A stretch of 64,000 nt of DNA from Methanomassiliicoccaceae archaeon (lineage in GTDB: Archaea; Thermoplasmatota; Thermoplasmata; Methanomassiliicoccales; Methanomassiliicoccaceae): positions 128,001 through 192,000 of the forward strand of contig CAVSJV010000017.1 of assembly GCA_963728405.1 (NCBI GenBank). Reading direction: 5' to 3'. Made by a program: the position numbers and the translations under genes. The notes beneath the pieces were generated by a model, which was not told the DNA's origin, searched no databases, and was given only the letters and a program-made list of their open reading frames with translations. Of the stretch, positions 21,029 to 31,991 are shown piece by piece; within the stretch, counting starts at the first letter, position 1, and every line of letters begins with the position of its first letter.

Positions 21029-21883
21029 ATGCCTTGGACGACCATAATGGACGTCCTGCTCGCGCTGGGAATATTTATCACAGCTATCCTGGCCGGCCTG
21101 ATCGGCTCGATGTTCGGCATAGGGGGAGGGATCATCATCATTCCCGCGCTGACCATCGTCTTCGGCCTCCCGCTCAAGGAGGTCATCGGCGCCAGCCTGA
21201 TCGGGGTCATCGCCTCTTCCACCGGAGCGGCGTCCCGCTACGTCGGTGAAGGTATCGTCAACATCCGCCTGGGAATGATCCTGGAGCCTGCCACCACCAT
21301 CGGCTCGGTGGTCGGGGCATTCCTGGCCATCTACCTTAACCAGTATGTTCTGGCCGGTGCGTTCGCCCTGGTGCTGGTGTACAGCGCGTACTATATGCTG
21401 CGCCGTCCGGAAGTAACGATCCACTCCGACAAGGAACAATGTTATCCCTATCTCTCGGGCCAATATGACGATCTCATCACCGGGAAACGGATCTGTTATT
21501 CAGTACGTAACCTGAAAAAAGGTTTGCTGGCAAGCTTCGGTGCCGGTAACATGTCCGGCATGCTGGGCATCGGGGGTGGGATCGTGAAGGTCCCAGTAAT
21601 GAACGTCTGGATGGGCGTGCCGATGCGGGCGGCCAGCGCGACCAGCAACTTCATGATCGGCGTCACCGCCCTGGCCGGCGCGGCCGTGTTCTACGTCAAC
21701 GGGCTCATCTCCCCGGTCCTGACGGCCACGGTGGCGGTGGGAGCGTTCGCCGGTGCATATATCGGGCCGCATATATCGAAGCGAACTGCAGGAGCGACCC
21801 TTCGCCGATACTTCGCGGTGTTCATGATCGCCATCGCCATCATCATGATGCTGAAGGCCATCGGCCTACAGGTGGGGCTATGA
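21029..21883 (+). CDS. TauE/SafE (TSUP) family membrane protein
   Basis: Two repeats G..GSMFGIGGG.III.P and SGMLGIGGG.VKVP; A.ATS.FMIGVTA. Confidence 0.9.
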   Translation: MPWTTIMDVLLALGIFITAILAGLIGSMFGIGGGIIIIPALTIVFGLPLKEVIGASLIGVIASSTGAASRYVGEGIVNIRLGMILEPATTIGSVVGAFLAIYLNQYVLAGAFALVLVYSAYYMLRRPEVTIHSDKEQCYPYLSGQYDDLITGKRICYSVRNLKKGLLASFGAGNMSGMLGIGGGIVKVPVMNVWMGVPMRAASATSNFMIGVTALAGAAVFYVNGLISPVLTATVAVGAFAGAYIGPHISKRTAGATLRRYFAVFMIAIAIIMMLKAIGLQVGL

Positions 21884-22224
21884 TGGACGGCCACCCGCAT
21901 ACCCGCATCGACCGCTGGGTCCGGGCGGTCCTGATATGGGGAATGGTGCTAAGCGTATCAGTGATGCTGATCGGCCTATTCCTGTATGCCCTCTCACCGA
22001 CCGGGAACTATGAGGTGGACCTCTCCCTGGGGGATATTGCCGCGGGCATCATGAATGGCAACCCCATCGCAGTGATCGATCTGGGTATCGTGCTCCTGAT
22101 CGCTACTCCGCTGACCCGGGTGGTGACCGCCCTGACCGTGTTCCTGGTCGATGGGGAGATGAGGTTCGTGCTGGTCTCTCTCCTGGTCCTGGGGGTCATC
22201 ACCTTCGCCATCCTTGTAGGGTAG
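21880..22224 (+). CDS. DUF1634 family membrane protein
   Basis: LGIVLLIATPLTRV motif; overlaps the TauE stop, a typical pairing. Confidence 0.8.
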   Translation: MMDGHPHTRIDRWVRAVLIWGMVLSVSVMLIGLFLYALSPTGNYEVDLSLGDIAAGIMNGNPIAVIDLGIVLLIATPLTRVVTALTVFLVDGEMRFVLVSLLVLGVITFAILVG

Positions 22225-22299
22225 GTCCATTATTGTACTGGACGTCCGGATGCAAAGGTTCTTCAAGCGCCTTCGAATCTACTCCTGGGATGCGAAGGG

Positions 22300-23631
22300 A
22301 TGGGCGAACGCAAGGCCAACGATGAGAAGTGGTACTACTCCTTCCTGCCGAACAACATGGCCGGTGGGAGCACCTCACCGCTGATTCCACTGTTCCTTAC
22401 CGAAGGACTGGGCGGCACGGTGGCCCAGGTCGGCCTGCTGAGCGCGATCGCCTCGGCGGCCTCAGTGCCGTCGAACATCTTGTGGGGCAATCTCTCCGAT
22501 GCGGTCAAGAAGAGGCGGCTCTTCGTCCTTATCGGCTTCGGGGGCATGGCCATGGCCCTCCTCATGATGGGGCTGGCCACGAACCTCTACCAGTATATGG
22601 TGGCCAACTTCATGCTCGGCCTGCTGTCCACCGCCGCCGCGCCGGTGGGAACGGTTCTCATACTGGAGACGTTCAAAAAGGGGGAGTGGGCCAAACGGCT
22701 GGGAGATTTCAGCAAGGTTGGGGGCATAGGCTGGGTCACCGGCCTGGTACTGGGCACCATCTGGTTGAGCGCATTCTCCGGAGCGGCCGAACCCGCATTG
22801 GCCATGCGGGCGCTGTTCATACTGGCCGCGGGCCTGGCAATGGTGTCGATGATCCTGGCGTTCAAATGGGTGCCCGAGCCGGACGAGAATGTGGACCGGG
22901 ACACCATCAATGGGGCCATCAGCAAAGTGCCGCTGTTCGCCTTCGAGCGGGCCAGGTACATGCCTCAGCGCATCGTTCACATGCTCAAGATAAGCACTAA
23001 GAATCTGCACGTCGAGAACTTCCCGGTCAATCTGCGTCGCTACTACATCTTCACCTTCATCATCTTCACGGGTTTCCTGACCTTCTATGTCGCCCTCCCT
23101 ATCTTTCTCAAGCAGTATGTGGGCATGAGCACCGCCGACATCTTCATCATCTATGTGGCCTCCTCGGCGGTATCGGCTATCACCTACTCGCAGGCCGGGA
23201 AATGGGCGACCAGGTTCGGGAGCAAGAAGCTACAAGCAGGGGCCCTCATTGGTCGCATATTCCTGTTCCCCTCGTTCTTCCTGGTGACCCTCTTGAACCT
23301 GCCCTCCCCCGCGCTGCTGGTGATGTTCTGCATCCTTCAAGGCCTAATGGGCTTCTGCTGGGCCAACATTTCAGTGGGCGGCAGCCACATCGTCTCCAAC
23401 ATCTGCAACCAGGAATGTCGTGCCGAATCGACCGGCGTGTACAACGCCATGCAGGGGACGGCCACGGTGGCTGGCGCGCTCATCGGCGGGTTCGTCGCCC
23501 AGTACCTAGGCTATGAAGCATTGTTCTTCACATCCTCGGCCTTCCTGGTGATCGGCTTGGCCATGCTGACAAGAATAAATACGGAAAAGGGGACGGCCGG
23601 GAAGGAAACCCCGGAAACGGCCCGAAACTAG
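22300..23631 (+). CDS. MFS transporter
   Basis: About 12 hydrophobic helices; motif A WGNLSDAVKKRR. Confidence 0.88.
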   Translation: MGERKANDEKWYYSFLPNNMAGGSTSPLIPLFLTEGLGGTVAQVGLLSAIASAASVPSNILWGNLSDAVKKRRLFVLIGFGGMAMALLMMGLATNLYQYMVANFMLGLLSTAAAPVGTVLILETFKKGEWAKRLGDFSKVGGIGWVTGLVLGTIWLSAFSGAAEPALAMRALFILAAGLAMVSMILAFKWVPEPDENVDRDTINGAISKVPLFAFERARYMPQRIVHMLKISTKNLHVENFPVNLRRYYIFTFIIFTGFLTFYVALPIFLKQYVGMSTADIFIIYVASSAVSAITYSQAGKWATRFGSKKLQAGALIGRIFLFPSFFLVTLLNLPSPALLVMFCILQGLMGFCWANISVGGSHIVSNICNQECRAESTGVYNAMQGTATVAGALIGGFVAQYLGYEALFFTSSAFLVIGLAMLTRINTEKGTAGKETPETARN

Positions 23632-23634
23632 AGT

Positions 23635-24066
23635 CTACTTCATCATTCCAGCGAGATTCCTACCGTAGACAACGGCCAGGTTCTCTTCGCCATCCATTAG
23701 GGCCTTGCTCGGCCCCAGGCTGAAGTAGGTCCACGAAGTCAGGTTAACGTTGCCGCCCTTGAGGATCACGGCCAGCTTCTCAGCCATGCCCGAGGACGAA
23801 CCCGCCAGTCTGGTGTCGAAGACCGCCGCGCTATGCTTGCCGTTGGTCCCGATCGATTTCTTCAGCAACCCCTGGATCTTGCGCCCGGCAAAGAACCCGC
23901 TGGATGGCCCTCCGACGACCCAATACTCGGCCTTTTGAAGGTCCGAGGATGATATATTTCCGACAGCCTTGCACTCAACGTCGGCAATTCCGCTCTGCTT
24001 CAAACCGGAGCAGATGGCCTGCGCGACTTTCTCCGTGTTGCCCTCATAGACAACTAGTGTCTTCAT
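23635..24066 (-). CDS. Flavodoxin-fold protein
   Basis: MKTLVVY.GNTEKVAQAI, VVGGPS, AAVFDTR. Confidence 0.75.
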   Translation of the reverse strand: MKTLVVYEGNTEKVAQAICSGLKQSGIADVECKAVGNISSSDLQKAEYWVVGGPSSGFFAGRKIQGLLKKSIGTNGKHSAAVFDTRLAGSSSGMAEKLAVILKGGNVNLTSWTYFSLGPSKALMDGEENLAVVYGRNLAGMMK

Positions 24067-24367
24067 TCAGGAATCCCCCTTTTCTCCTGTTTAACAATAT
24101 CTTACCGTCCATATACTTATGAGTGTATATCTTTTTCTACAATGCAAGACGGTGGAGCGATGTTTACATTCTAGGGCCCAGTAGTTTTAATATTTATAAT
24201 AATTTTTTATTTTTAGAATATAAACTGGAAAGATCCGATATCGATCGTACTCCTGGCACTCCTGTCGAGAACGCCATTGGTCCGATCTGCGAACGCTCAG
24301 AACCCTCCTAGGTGGAGCACTGAACGGGGACGATCGATCGTCCCCAGCGGCCCTGACTGGTTAAGTC

Positions 24368-25267
24368 CTAATAGTTCAGGGCTTCCTGCACGATCTTCGA
24401 CATGTCCTCGATGTTGTAGGTGGTGCCGCAGTAGGAGCAGAACTTTAGCCCAGACACGCTGGAGTTCTTGTCGATAGTGATGCTGGCCCCGCAGTTGTGG
24501 CACTTGTATGGAACTGCCAGCCCCTTCGTCCCGATCTGCTCGATGAGCTGGTTCATGTCCACGGTGACATGCTTGACCGTCTGCATCCTGGTCTTCTCCC
24601 GAGCCTTACCGGCCTGCGTCCACAGCTTGTGACCCTCGTAGATCTTGGCCGCACCCTCGAAGTTGCCGGCCCGCTCCATGTTGATGGCCGTACGGAAGTC
24701 GGTGACGTCCGTTCTGCTGGGAACGGCGCTGGCGTTGGCTGAGCTCCAATCCTTCACGATGTTTGCCATCACCGGGTCGTTTTCGGTGATTATCTTCAGC
24801 TCGGCGTTCCACTTTTCGCTCTCGGCCACTTTGGCCAGGTGGGCCTGCTCATTCTCGACCTTGACCTTATCCTGGCAGGCCAAGCATAGCATGGTCCCGC
24901 TGCTCCCATACTTCTTCTTCTCGGCCTTGATGGTTTCGAATGCAGCGAGGTTGATCAACACGAGGACTACGATCGCTGCCAGGATACTATTGTCATTGAT
25001 GAAAGAGAGTTCCGGGAATACAGGGTCCCCTCCAATCCTATCGACGATCGTCAAGAAGGCTAAGAATAGGACAACCATGCAAAAAAAAGTGACGATCGCT
25101 CGGACGCCGTTCACGGCCCTTATCTTGGTGAACGAACGACCACACTTCTTACAACGGTTATCCTGTGGAGCCACCTCCACTGGTAATCTAAGGAACGATA
25201 AAAAGGCTTCCAAACGATTATTCTTTTTTAAATCTGGCCATGGCCATAATGCCAGTTGCACAAGCAT
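24368..25267 (-). CDS. Hypothetical membrane protein with zinc ribbons (start uncertain)
   Basis: CKKC and CLAC flank two TM helices; C-terminal CHNCG...CSYCG. Confidence 0.65.
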   Translation of the reverse strand: MLVQLALWPWPDLKKNNRLEAFLSFLRLPVEVAPQDNRCKKCGRSFTKIRAVNGVRAIVTFFCMVVLFLAFLTIVDRIGGDPVFPELSFINDNSILAAIVVLVLINLAAFETIKAEKKKYGSSGTMLCLACQDKVKVENEQAHLAKVAESEKWNAELKIITENDPVMANIVKDWSSANASAVPSRTDVTDFRTAINMERAGNFEGAAKIYEGHKLWTQAGKAREKTRMQTVKHVTVDMNQLIEQIGTKGLAVPYKCHNCGASITIDKNSSVSGLKFCSYCGTTYNIEDMSKIVQEALNY

Positions 25268-25431
25268 CTCATTTGCAAATTGTCCGGAACCTATATGCTT
25301 TTATAACCGCCACTTACGAGGTTGAGTATGATTAGACCTTAAGGCTGCATCGAATGTTAATGGCCATAACAAAATACCATATTTTTCAGACCGAGCCAAA
25401 AAGAGCAAATCATTCCACTTCTGTTGTAGAG

Positions 25432-26107
25432 ATGAATATGGTCAACCAACTCGAATTTGTTCCCATAGATACGCTTCGACGACTGGAGTGGCCCAGAGCG
25501 TGCTTCCCTGCTAGTCCGTCACGCAGAAAGATATCCCCTCCAGAGCGCATTGAACAATCATCACTTGAGATTAACGGAAAGGGGAAAGCGGGATGCTCAA
25601 CACTTCGGAGCACAGCTGCATAAATACCAACGGATAAGGCTTTACCACAGTCCGGCCAAAAGATGTCGAGAAACGGCTCAGGCCATTGCTAAAGGGGCCG
25701 ACCAGATTGGTGCTGACATCATTATCATAGAAGAGGACCAAGGGCTCAGTTGGACCACCTGCGTACTAAATGACCACTGCTTGCTGATGGTTGAACGCAT
25801 GGGCCATGACTTCATTCGCGAGTGGTTCCTAGGGAAGGTTGACCCAACCCTTATCAAAAGCATATCGGCGACATCTAGCGAAATGGCAGATCATTTGATT
25901 CAACGCTTTGCCGAAGAGGATACCCCGGGGCTGCTCGATATAAACGTTAGCCACGATTGGAACATCCTGGCGTTGAGAGAGAACTATCTGAACCTGAGAA
26001 ATGAAGATGCCGGTTGGATTGGTTTTCTAGACGGCCTAGCCCTCTATTCATTCAATGGATCTGTTTCCCTTGCTTATGGCGCCGAATCCATACTGCTAGG
26101 CCGTTGA
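25432..26107 (+). CDS. Histidine phosphatase (SixA/PGM-like), N-terminus frameshifted
   Basis: LLVRHAER in frame just upstream of ORF 25550; LTERG..DA, SPAKRCRETA, VSHD. Confidence 0.75.
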
Positions 26108-26432
26108 CATCGCTACGGGTCGGGAAAGGCGATCATGGTCTCGGAGAACATTGTTGATGCAGCTCTCCATTACCCGAGCCCATCTGTTCCCCCATCCCTT
26201 TGGTCGCAACCAGTTAACCGTCGACGTCCCATCCACTGCTGGATTCAGGTAGGATAATTTCATTGGCTTGGTCCGAGCATTATCATTGTTCGACCCCTCT
26301 GGACATTCTAGCACGTTTCCCGTCTAGTTAAAAGTCGCTAGTGATCTTACTCTTTGAGCATCCGGGGGGTTGACGATATTGGTCAATGGCGGAAGAGTTA
26401 GGTCGCAAATCGGTCTAGAGAACAAGGGTAAG

Positions 26433-26478
26433 AAAAGTGCAGGGGAAGGGGATTTGAGCCCCTGAACCACCAAGGATA
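26433..26478 (-). repeat. Degenerate copy of the tRNA-Leu 3' half (att-like direct repeat)
   Basis: Matches 27283-27327 with 1 insertion and 2 substitutions. Confidence 0.85.
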
Positions 26479-26616
26479 TCTTGGATTTAGACGGCCTGGC
26501 TTGATCCAATGGAGGTTTGAAGGAGCCATCTGAGGCCCGCCGGGCGCCTTCCACCAATGGTCACAAAGCCCAATTAAGGTGAGAGTGGTTCCATATTGAA
26601 AATGTGAGGTATACAA

Positions 26617-27093
26617 ATGGATAGGAGGACAGGCATCAGTGGGTTGACGGGCATGTTCAAGGATAGTGTCGCCGGGGTACCCGATGGCGCAAGAGTAAGC
26701 TTTGCCGGTTCGGTGGCGGTATGCACACCGTTTGCAGAGCTTCTGTCGTACGCCGTGAAGGACCGTGGCTTTCAGTTGACCTACCTGCCTAAGGCAGATC
26801 CATCCAAGGCCCGTCTGATGCGATGGGTAGAGGACGTGGGTTACTCCGTCACTGATGAGAGAATAAATGCGGTTAAGGCTGACGTCATCGTAATCCTCGG
26901 TGGGCTAGCTATGCCCAAGTTCGGTTGCTCAGTCGAGACAGTAGAATCCTTGATCGGCCGAACAGGAGCAGAGGGAGCAAAGATCATCGGAGTATGCTTC
27001 ATGGACATCTTCACGAGGAGCGGATGGAGGGACCGCATCCGTTTTGATACGATCATAAATGCAAACATGGAAGTGGAAGCCCAACTTAGTTAA
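26617..27093 (+). CDS. DUF2124 family protein
   Basis: GS..VCTPFAELL.Y, VILGGLAMPK, IIGVCFM..F...GW...I.FD.II. Confidence 0.8.
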   Translation: MDRRTGISGLTGMFKDSVAGVPDGARVSFAGSVAVCTPFAELLSYAVKDRGFQLTYLPKADPSKARLMRWVEDVGYSVTDERINAVKADVIVILGGLAMPKFGCSVETVESLIGRTGAEGAKIIGVCFMDIFTRSGWRDRIRFDTIINANMEVEAQLS

Positions 27094-27287
27094 GGACGAG
27101 GTCGGCCTGGCGATTATATCCGTACCGGGAAGCGCCCTTTCCCTACAGCACCATCCGCTTCCCGAAAGATAATGACAATCTGGGACCATTCATGGAGCTA
27201 GAAGTTCCATCGAGGTAAAGGCAGGATGCGGAGAAAATCCGATAAGATTAACGGAGGGCCGCGGTAGGTTGAAAGTAGAAACAAAAG

Positions 27288-27371
27288 TGCAGGGGAAGGG
27301 ATTTGAACCCCTGAACCACTAAGGATAAGACCCTGAATCTTACGCCGTTGGCCAAGCTTGGCTACCCCTGC
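27288..27371 (-). tRNA. tRNA-Leu(CAG)
   Basis: GCAGGGG/CCCCTGC acceptor stem; anticodon arm TAAGA-TTCAGGG-TCTTA; long variable arm; GGTTCAAATCC; CCA not encoded. Confidence 0.95.
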
Positions 27372-27570
27372 TTGTACTCGCACCTTATACTGGAATTGGA
27401 TATAAACCTTACTCCAGGGAGTGGTCGAACGGGGACGAGAATGGTTCCCATTCACATGGTCGACAGGACTCGTAACAGCGATCCTGCACACCCCCACTTC
27501 GATATCGTTCGCATCCCTTGGAAAGATTATATCTCCCAATGATATGAGGATATAGGGATGGGCATTCCGC

Positions 27571-29716
27571 ATGGTGCATTCAGAGAACTCTCTGCAATCA
27601 AATAACGACGATATCGACGAGGATCTTAAGAACATCACCTCACTGGACGATCCGAGATTGTTCATCAATCGTGAGCTTAGCTGGCTCGACTTCAACCGCC
27701 GCGTCCTGGAGGAAGCGGAAGATCCTACCCAGCCCCTCTTGGAAAGAGTAAAGTTCCTGGCCATATGCGGTGGCAACCTCGACGAGCTCTTCATGTCCCG
27801 TGTGCCCGGGTTGGTCCGTCAGGCCGCCAAGGGCGCGTTGGAAGCCCCGGCCGACGGCATGACTCCCATGGAGCAGCTGGAGGCCATCAAAGAGACGGTC
27901 GACTCCATTCTATCTGATTACGCTCGAGTATGGAATGGAGCAGATCCTCCCAGGATTGGACTCCCGAGGCATCCACATCCACCACATGGAGGATCTCGAG
28001 CAGTATCAGCGGACCGCGCTCCGCCAATTCTTCGAGCTCAACCTGTTCCCTATCCTCACGCCGCTGGCGTTCGATATCAACCATCCCTTCCCCTTCATCT
28101 CCAGCGGAGCGATCAACCTGGCCGTGGTGATTCGAGACACCGCCGGTCACGAGAAGTTCGCCCGCGTCAAGGTGCCTACGGGCGGCCTGTTCCCTCGCCT
28201 TATCCGGGTCGACCAGGAGAAGGCCAACCGTCCCCACGACGCCCACTTCGTTTTCCTAGAGGACGTGGTGAAGGCCAACCTGGACATGTTGTTCAGCGGC
28301 GTCAATGTAGTGGCCGCGCATGCCTTTCGGGCGACCAGGGACGCAGAGTTCGAGATCGAGCTGGACGAGACCTCGGACCTCCTGACCGCGATGGAGGAGG
28401 GGTTGGAATCGAGGAGGGTAGGAGAGCCGGTCCGCCTGGAGGTAGATCAGGACATGCCAGATCGCATCGCCGATATGCTGGCCTCGAAGATGGAGCTTCC
28501 CTCCCATCTCATTTACCGCTCCTCCATCCCCCTAGCCCTGGTGGACCTGTGGCAGCTCCATGACCTGCACCGCTCCGACCTGCTCGATCCTCCCTTCCTG
28601 CCGTTCACGCCCAAGCTGCTGGCCAATGAGAAGACCATATTCAACAACGTGGCCGAGCACGACATGATCCTATACCATCCGTACGATGGTTTCCAACCGG
28701 TCATCAGCCTGTTAAAAGAGGCCGCGGTCGACCCCGATGTATTAGCCATCAAGATCACCTTCTATCGTATCGATTCCGGCTCTCCCCTGGTGGAGGCGCT
28801 GATGGAGGCCCGGCGCAATGGCAAGGCCGTCGCCGCAGTGGTGGAGCTGAAGGCCAAGTTCGACGAGACCAACAACATCACCTGGGCAAGGCAGCTGGAA
28901 CAAGCGGGAGTGCATGTCGTTTACGGCCCTGTGGACATCAAGATCCACGCCAAGATGTGCCTCATCGTCAAGCGGAGCAGGAACGGTCTGGTCCGCGTCT
29001 GTCACCTATCGTCAGGCAACTACAACTCCAAGACCGCCCGGGTCTACGGGGACATCGGGTACCTCACCTCGGACCCGGACATCGCCGCGGACGTCTCGGA
29101 TCTGTTCAACGCCCTTACTGGCTATTGCAAGATGGAAGAGTACAAGAAGCTCCTTGTATCACCCGATGGCATTCGCAGGGGCATGGTGGAGAGGATCGAC
29201 CGGGAGATAGCCAAGCACAAGGAGAAGGGCAACGGCCGTCTAGCCTTCAAGCTTAACGCGCTCATCGACAAGGGCATCATCCAGGCGATCTACCGCGCGT
29301 CCATGGCGGGGGTGAGGATTGACCTGAACGTCAGGGGCATGTGCAGTCTCCGACCTGGCATCCCGGGCATCAGCGACAATATTAGGGTCACCTCGATCGT
29401 ATCGAGGTTCCTGGAACACTCCCGCATATACTATTTTCATAACGACGGTGAGGAGGAAGTTCTTCTGGGCTCCTCGGACATGATGACCCGCAACCTGGAC
29501 CGTCGGGTGGAGATCCTGTTCCCGGTTCGGAACAAACTACTAAAGAAGGCCATCGTAAAGGACATTCTGGAAGTCCATCTCCGCGATAATGTGAAGGCGC
29601 GCGAGCTGCTGCCGAGCGGCCAATGGGTCAAGGTACAGCGGAAGGAAGGGGAAGACCCCTTCAGCTCCCAGGACTGGCTCCTGACACACCGGGGGGTCTG
29701 GCATGGGGAAAAGTGA
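27571..29716 (+). CDS. ppk1: Polyphosphate kinase 1 (frameshift near 27935)
   Basis: [76 protein letters not shown]. Confidence 0.95.
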
Positions 29717-31991
29717 GGATCCCGGATTCTGTCTGCTGGGAGCATCGATGCTTCTGCGGCATGTCACCGAACTGCAGGGCCAGGCCAGAGCCGCCAAGAA
29801 CTTGGATGTCGAGGGCGTCCATCAGATGCGGGTCGCTTCACGCCGGTTGCGGGCCGGGCTTCCTATCTTCAGCTCCTGCCTCAAGGTGAGCCAGTATGAC
29901 CGGTGGAGGCGGGAGATCAAAGGAGTGACCAAGGCCCTGGGGGAAGCACGGGACATCGACGTCCAGATCGAGTATCTCCAGGCCTTGATGGAAAATGTGA
30001 CGGACGAGCAGGGCGTAGGCGTGAGGTCGGTCCTGGAGCACCAGGTCCGGCAGCGGAGGGACCTCCAGGAGCAGGTGGTAGGATGGCTGGACAACCTGAA
30101 GGACGAGGGCATCCTTGCCGAGATGGAGGGACGTCTGTCCAAGACGGTGCAGCGTCTGGAGAAACGAAAAGCCGTTGTGCGCAGCCGGACCGGGTACGCC
30201 GCGGGGCTCGCCAACACTTCGCTGCGAATAGCGGCCGTCCTCAAGCTCGAGGAGTTCGTGGCCGACCCTCAGGCCAAGGAAAAGCATCACGCCCTACGCA
30301 TAGCGGTCAAGAGGCTCCGCTATACTCTGGAGGCGTTCAAGCCGCTGTTCGATGACCAGCTCAAGAAGGAGATCGGTGAGCTGAAGGAGGTCCAGGACCT
30401 GCTAGGAGCGATGCACGACTGCGACGTATGGCTCGCCGGCATCGACGAGCTCGGACGGGACCTCTGCTCCACCCCCGGAACGGATGAGGGGGCGCTACGG
30501 CCAGGGCTCGAAGCCATCCAGTCGGACCGAGCCCAGGAGCGGGATGGCCTTTATACCGACCTCAAGGTCCGATGGGAGCACCTTTCTCAACAGCACTTCT
30601 TCGAGCGGCTGGGTGAGAGGTTCCAGGCCGGGCTGTCCTACCAGGACATCGCCGTCCCGATGATCGACACCCATGAACCAGCTAAGCTGGCCATCATCTC
30701 CGACATCCATGGCAATCTCGATGCCCTGAACGCGGTCATGGATGATGCCAAGGAACATGGCGCGGGCGCGTTCATCAACCTGGGAGACATGGTCGGAACA
30801 GGGGCGTATCCCGAGGAGGTGGTCAAGATCCTCAGCGGCGACCATTTCATCAACGTGGCCGGCAACTTCGACATCAAGGTCCTGGAGTTCTCCCGCGCCT
30901 CGCAACGCCCGAGGGCCCGCTCGGTCAAGGGGGCCATCGTGGCCGCGGCGGCCCGGGACCTGTCCGAAGAAAGCTTCAACTTCATCGCCTCCCTGCCCCC
31001 CGAGATCAGGCTGGAAGTTCTAGGCAAGAGGATACTGCTCGTCCACGCCAGTCCAGAGGACCCTGACGAGCACCTTGGTCCAGAGACGCCGGAAGAACGA
31101 TTGGCCGAGCTGGGCCGCGTGGCCGACGCCGATATCGTGCTGGTTGGACATTCTCATAGGCCATTCGTTCGCATGGTGAACGGGATCGTGTTCGCCAATC
31201 CTGGCAGCGTTGGCCGACCGGGCGATCATGATCCCCGCGCCTCCTATGCCATCCTGGACACCGGGGACTTTTCCATCACCGTCCGTCGTGTGGAGTACGA
31301 TGTGGAAGCGGCGGTGAGAGCATTGCTGGAGAAGGGATTGCCCGAGAAGCTTGGAGAGGTGCTTCGAAAGGGACTATCCAGCAGCGAGATACAGGGCGAG
31401 AGGAGGGCCGTCCCCAAGAGCGGGGCGGCCCGCATGGAGCTGCTGGAGATCGCCGCCCGCAAGATGAACGTCGACCACGAGCATGCCGAGCAGGTGCTCA
31501 AGCTGGCCACGATGATCTACCGCCAGCTGAAGCCACTGCATGGCCTGGGGGGAAAGGACCGATTCATTCTAGAGGCGGCCTGCCTGCTGCATGATGTCGG
31601 CATCGCCGAAGGGGTGAAAGGGCATCACCGCTCCTCCTATCGCCTGATCATGGAACAGAAGCTCCCGCTGACCCCGGAGGAGAAACGGATGGTCGCATGC
31701 ATCGCCCGCTTCCACCGCAAGCGGGCGCCCAAAAAGGACGAGCCGGAGCTCTCTGGCCTGATAGCGGACGAGCTGGGGAGGTTTCATGTGCTGGCCTCCA
31801 TCCTGAGAGTGGCCGATGGTCTGGACTACCAGCATGATAGCGTGGTCAAGGACGTCGAGTGCGAGATCGGACCGGCCGAGGTCGTGTTCAAGATAAAAGC
31901 CACCTCGGACTGCAGCGCCGAGGTCGAGGCGGCCAAAAAGAAGGCCGACCTCTTCGAACAGACCTTTGAACGGCAGGTGAGGTTCCAATGA
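29703..31991 (+). CDS. CHAD + metallophosphoesterase + Ppx-type HD domain fusion protein
   Basis: CHAD: VHQMRVASRRLR, LGEARDIDV, H.LRI..KRLRY, QDLLG.MHD; MPP: ISDIHGN, LGD, GNFD, HAS, GHSH, NPGSVG; HD: LLHDVG, HH..SY, RFHRK, LRVADGLD. Confidence 0.9.
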   Translation: MGKSEDPGFCLLGASMLLRHVTELQGQARAAKNLDVEGVHQMRVASRRLRAGLPIFSSCLKVSQYDRWRREIKGVTKALGEARDIDVQIEYLQALMENVTDEQGVGVRSVLEHQVRQRRDLQEQVVGWLDNLKDEGILAEMEGRLSKTVQRLEKRKAVVRSRTGYAAGLANTSLRIAAVLKLEEFVADPQAKEKHHALRIAVKRLRYTLEAFKPLFDDQLKKEIGELKEVQDLLGAMHDCDVWLAGIDELGRDLCSTPGTDEGALRPGLEAIQSDRAQERDGLYTDLKVRWEHLSQQHFFERLGERFQAGLSYQDIAVPMIDTHEPAKLAIISDIHGNLDALNAVMDDAKEHGAGAFINLGDMVGTGAYPEEVVKILSGDHFINVAGNFDIKVLEFSRASQRPRARSVKGAIVAAAARDLSEESFNFIASLPPEIRLEVLGKRILLVHASPEDPDEHLGPETPEERLAELGRVADADIVLVGHSHRPFVRMVNGIVFANPGSVGRPGDHDPRASYAILDTGDFSITVRRVEYDVEAAVRALLEKGLPEKLGEVLRKGLSSSEIQGERRAVPKSGAARMELLEIAARKMNVDHEHAEQVLKLATMIYRQLKPLHGLGGKDRFILEAACLLHDVGIAEGVKGHHRSSYRLIMEQKLPLTPEEKRMVACIARFHRKRAPKKDEPELSGLIADELGRFHVLASILRVADGLDYQHDSVVKDVECEIGPAEVVFKIKATSDCSAEVEAAKKKADLFEQTFERQVRFQ

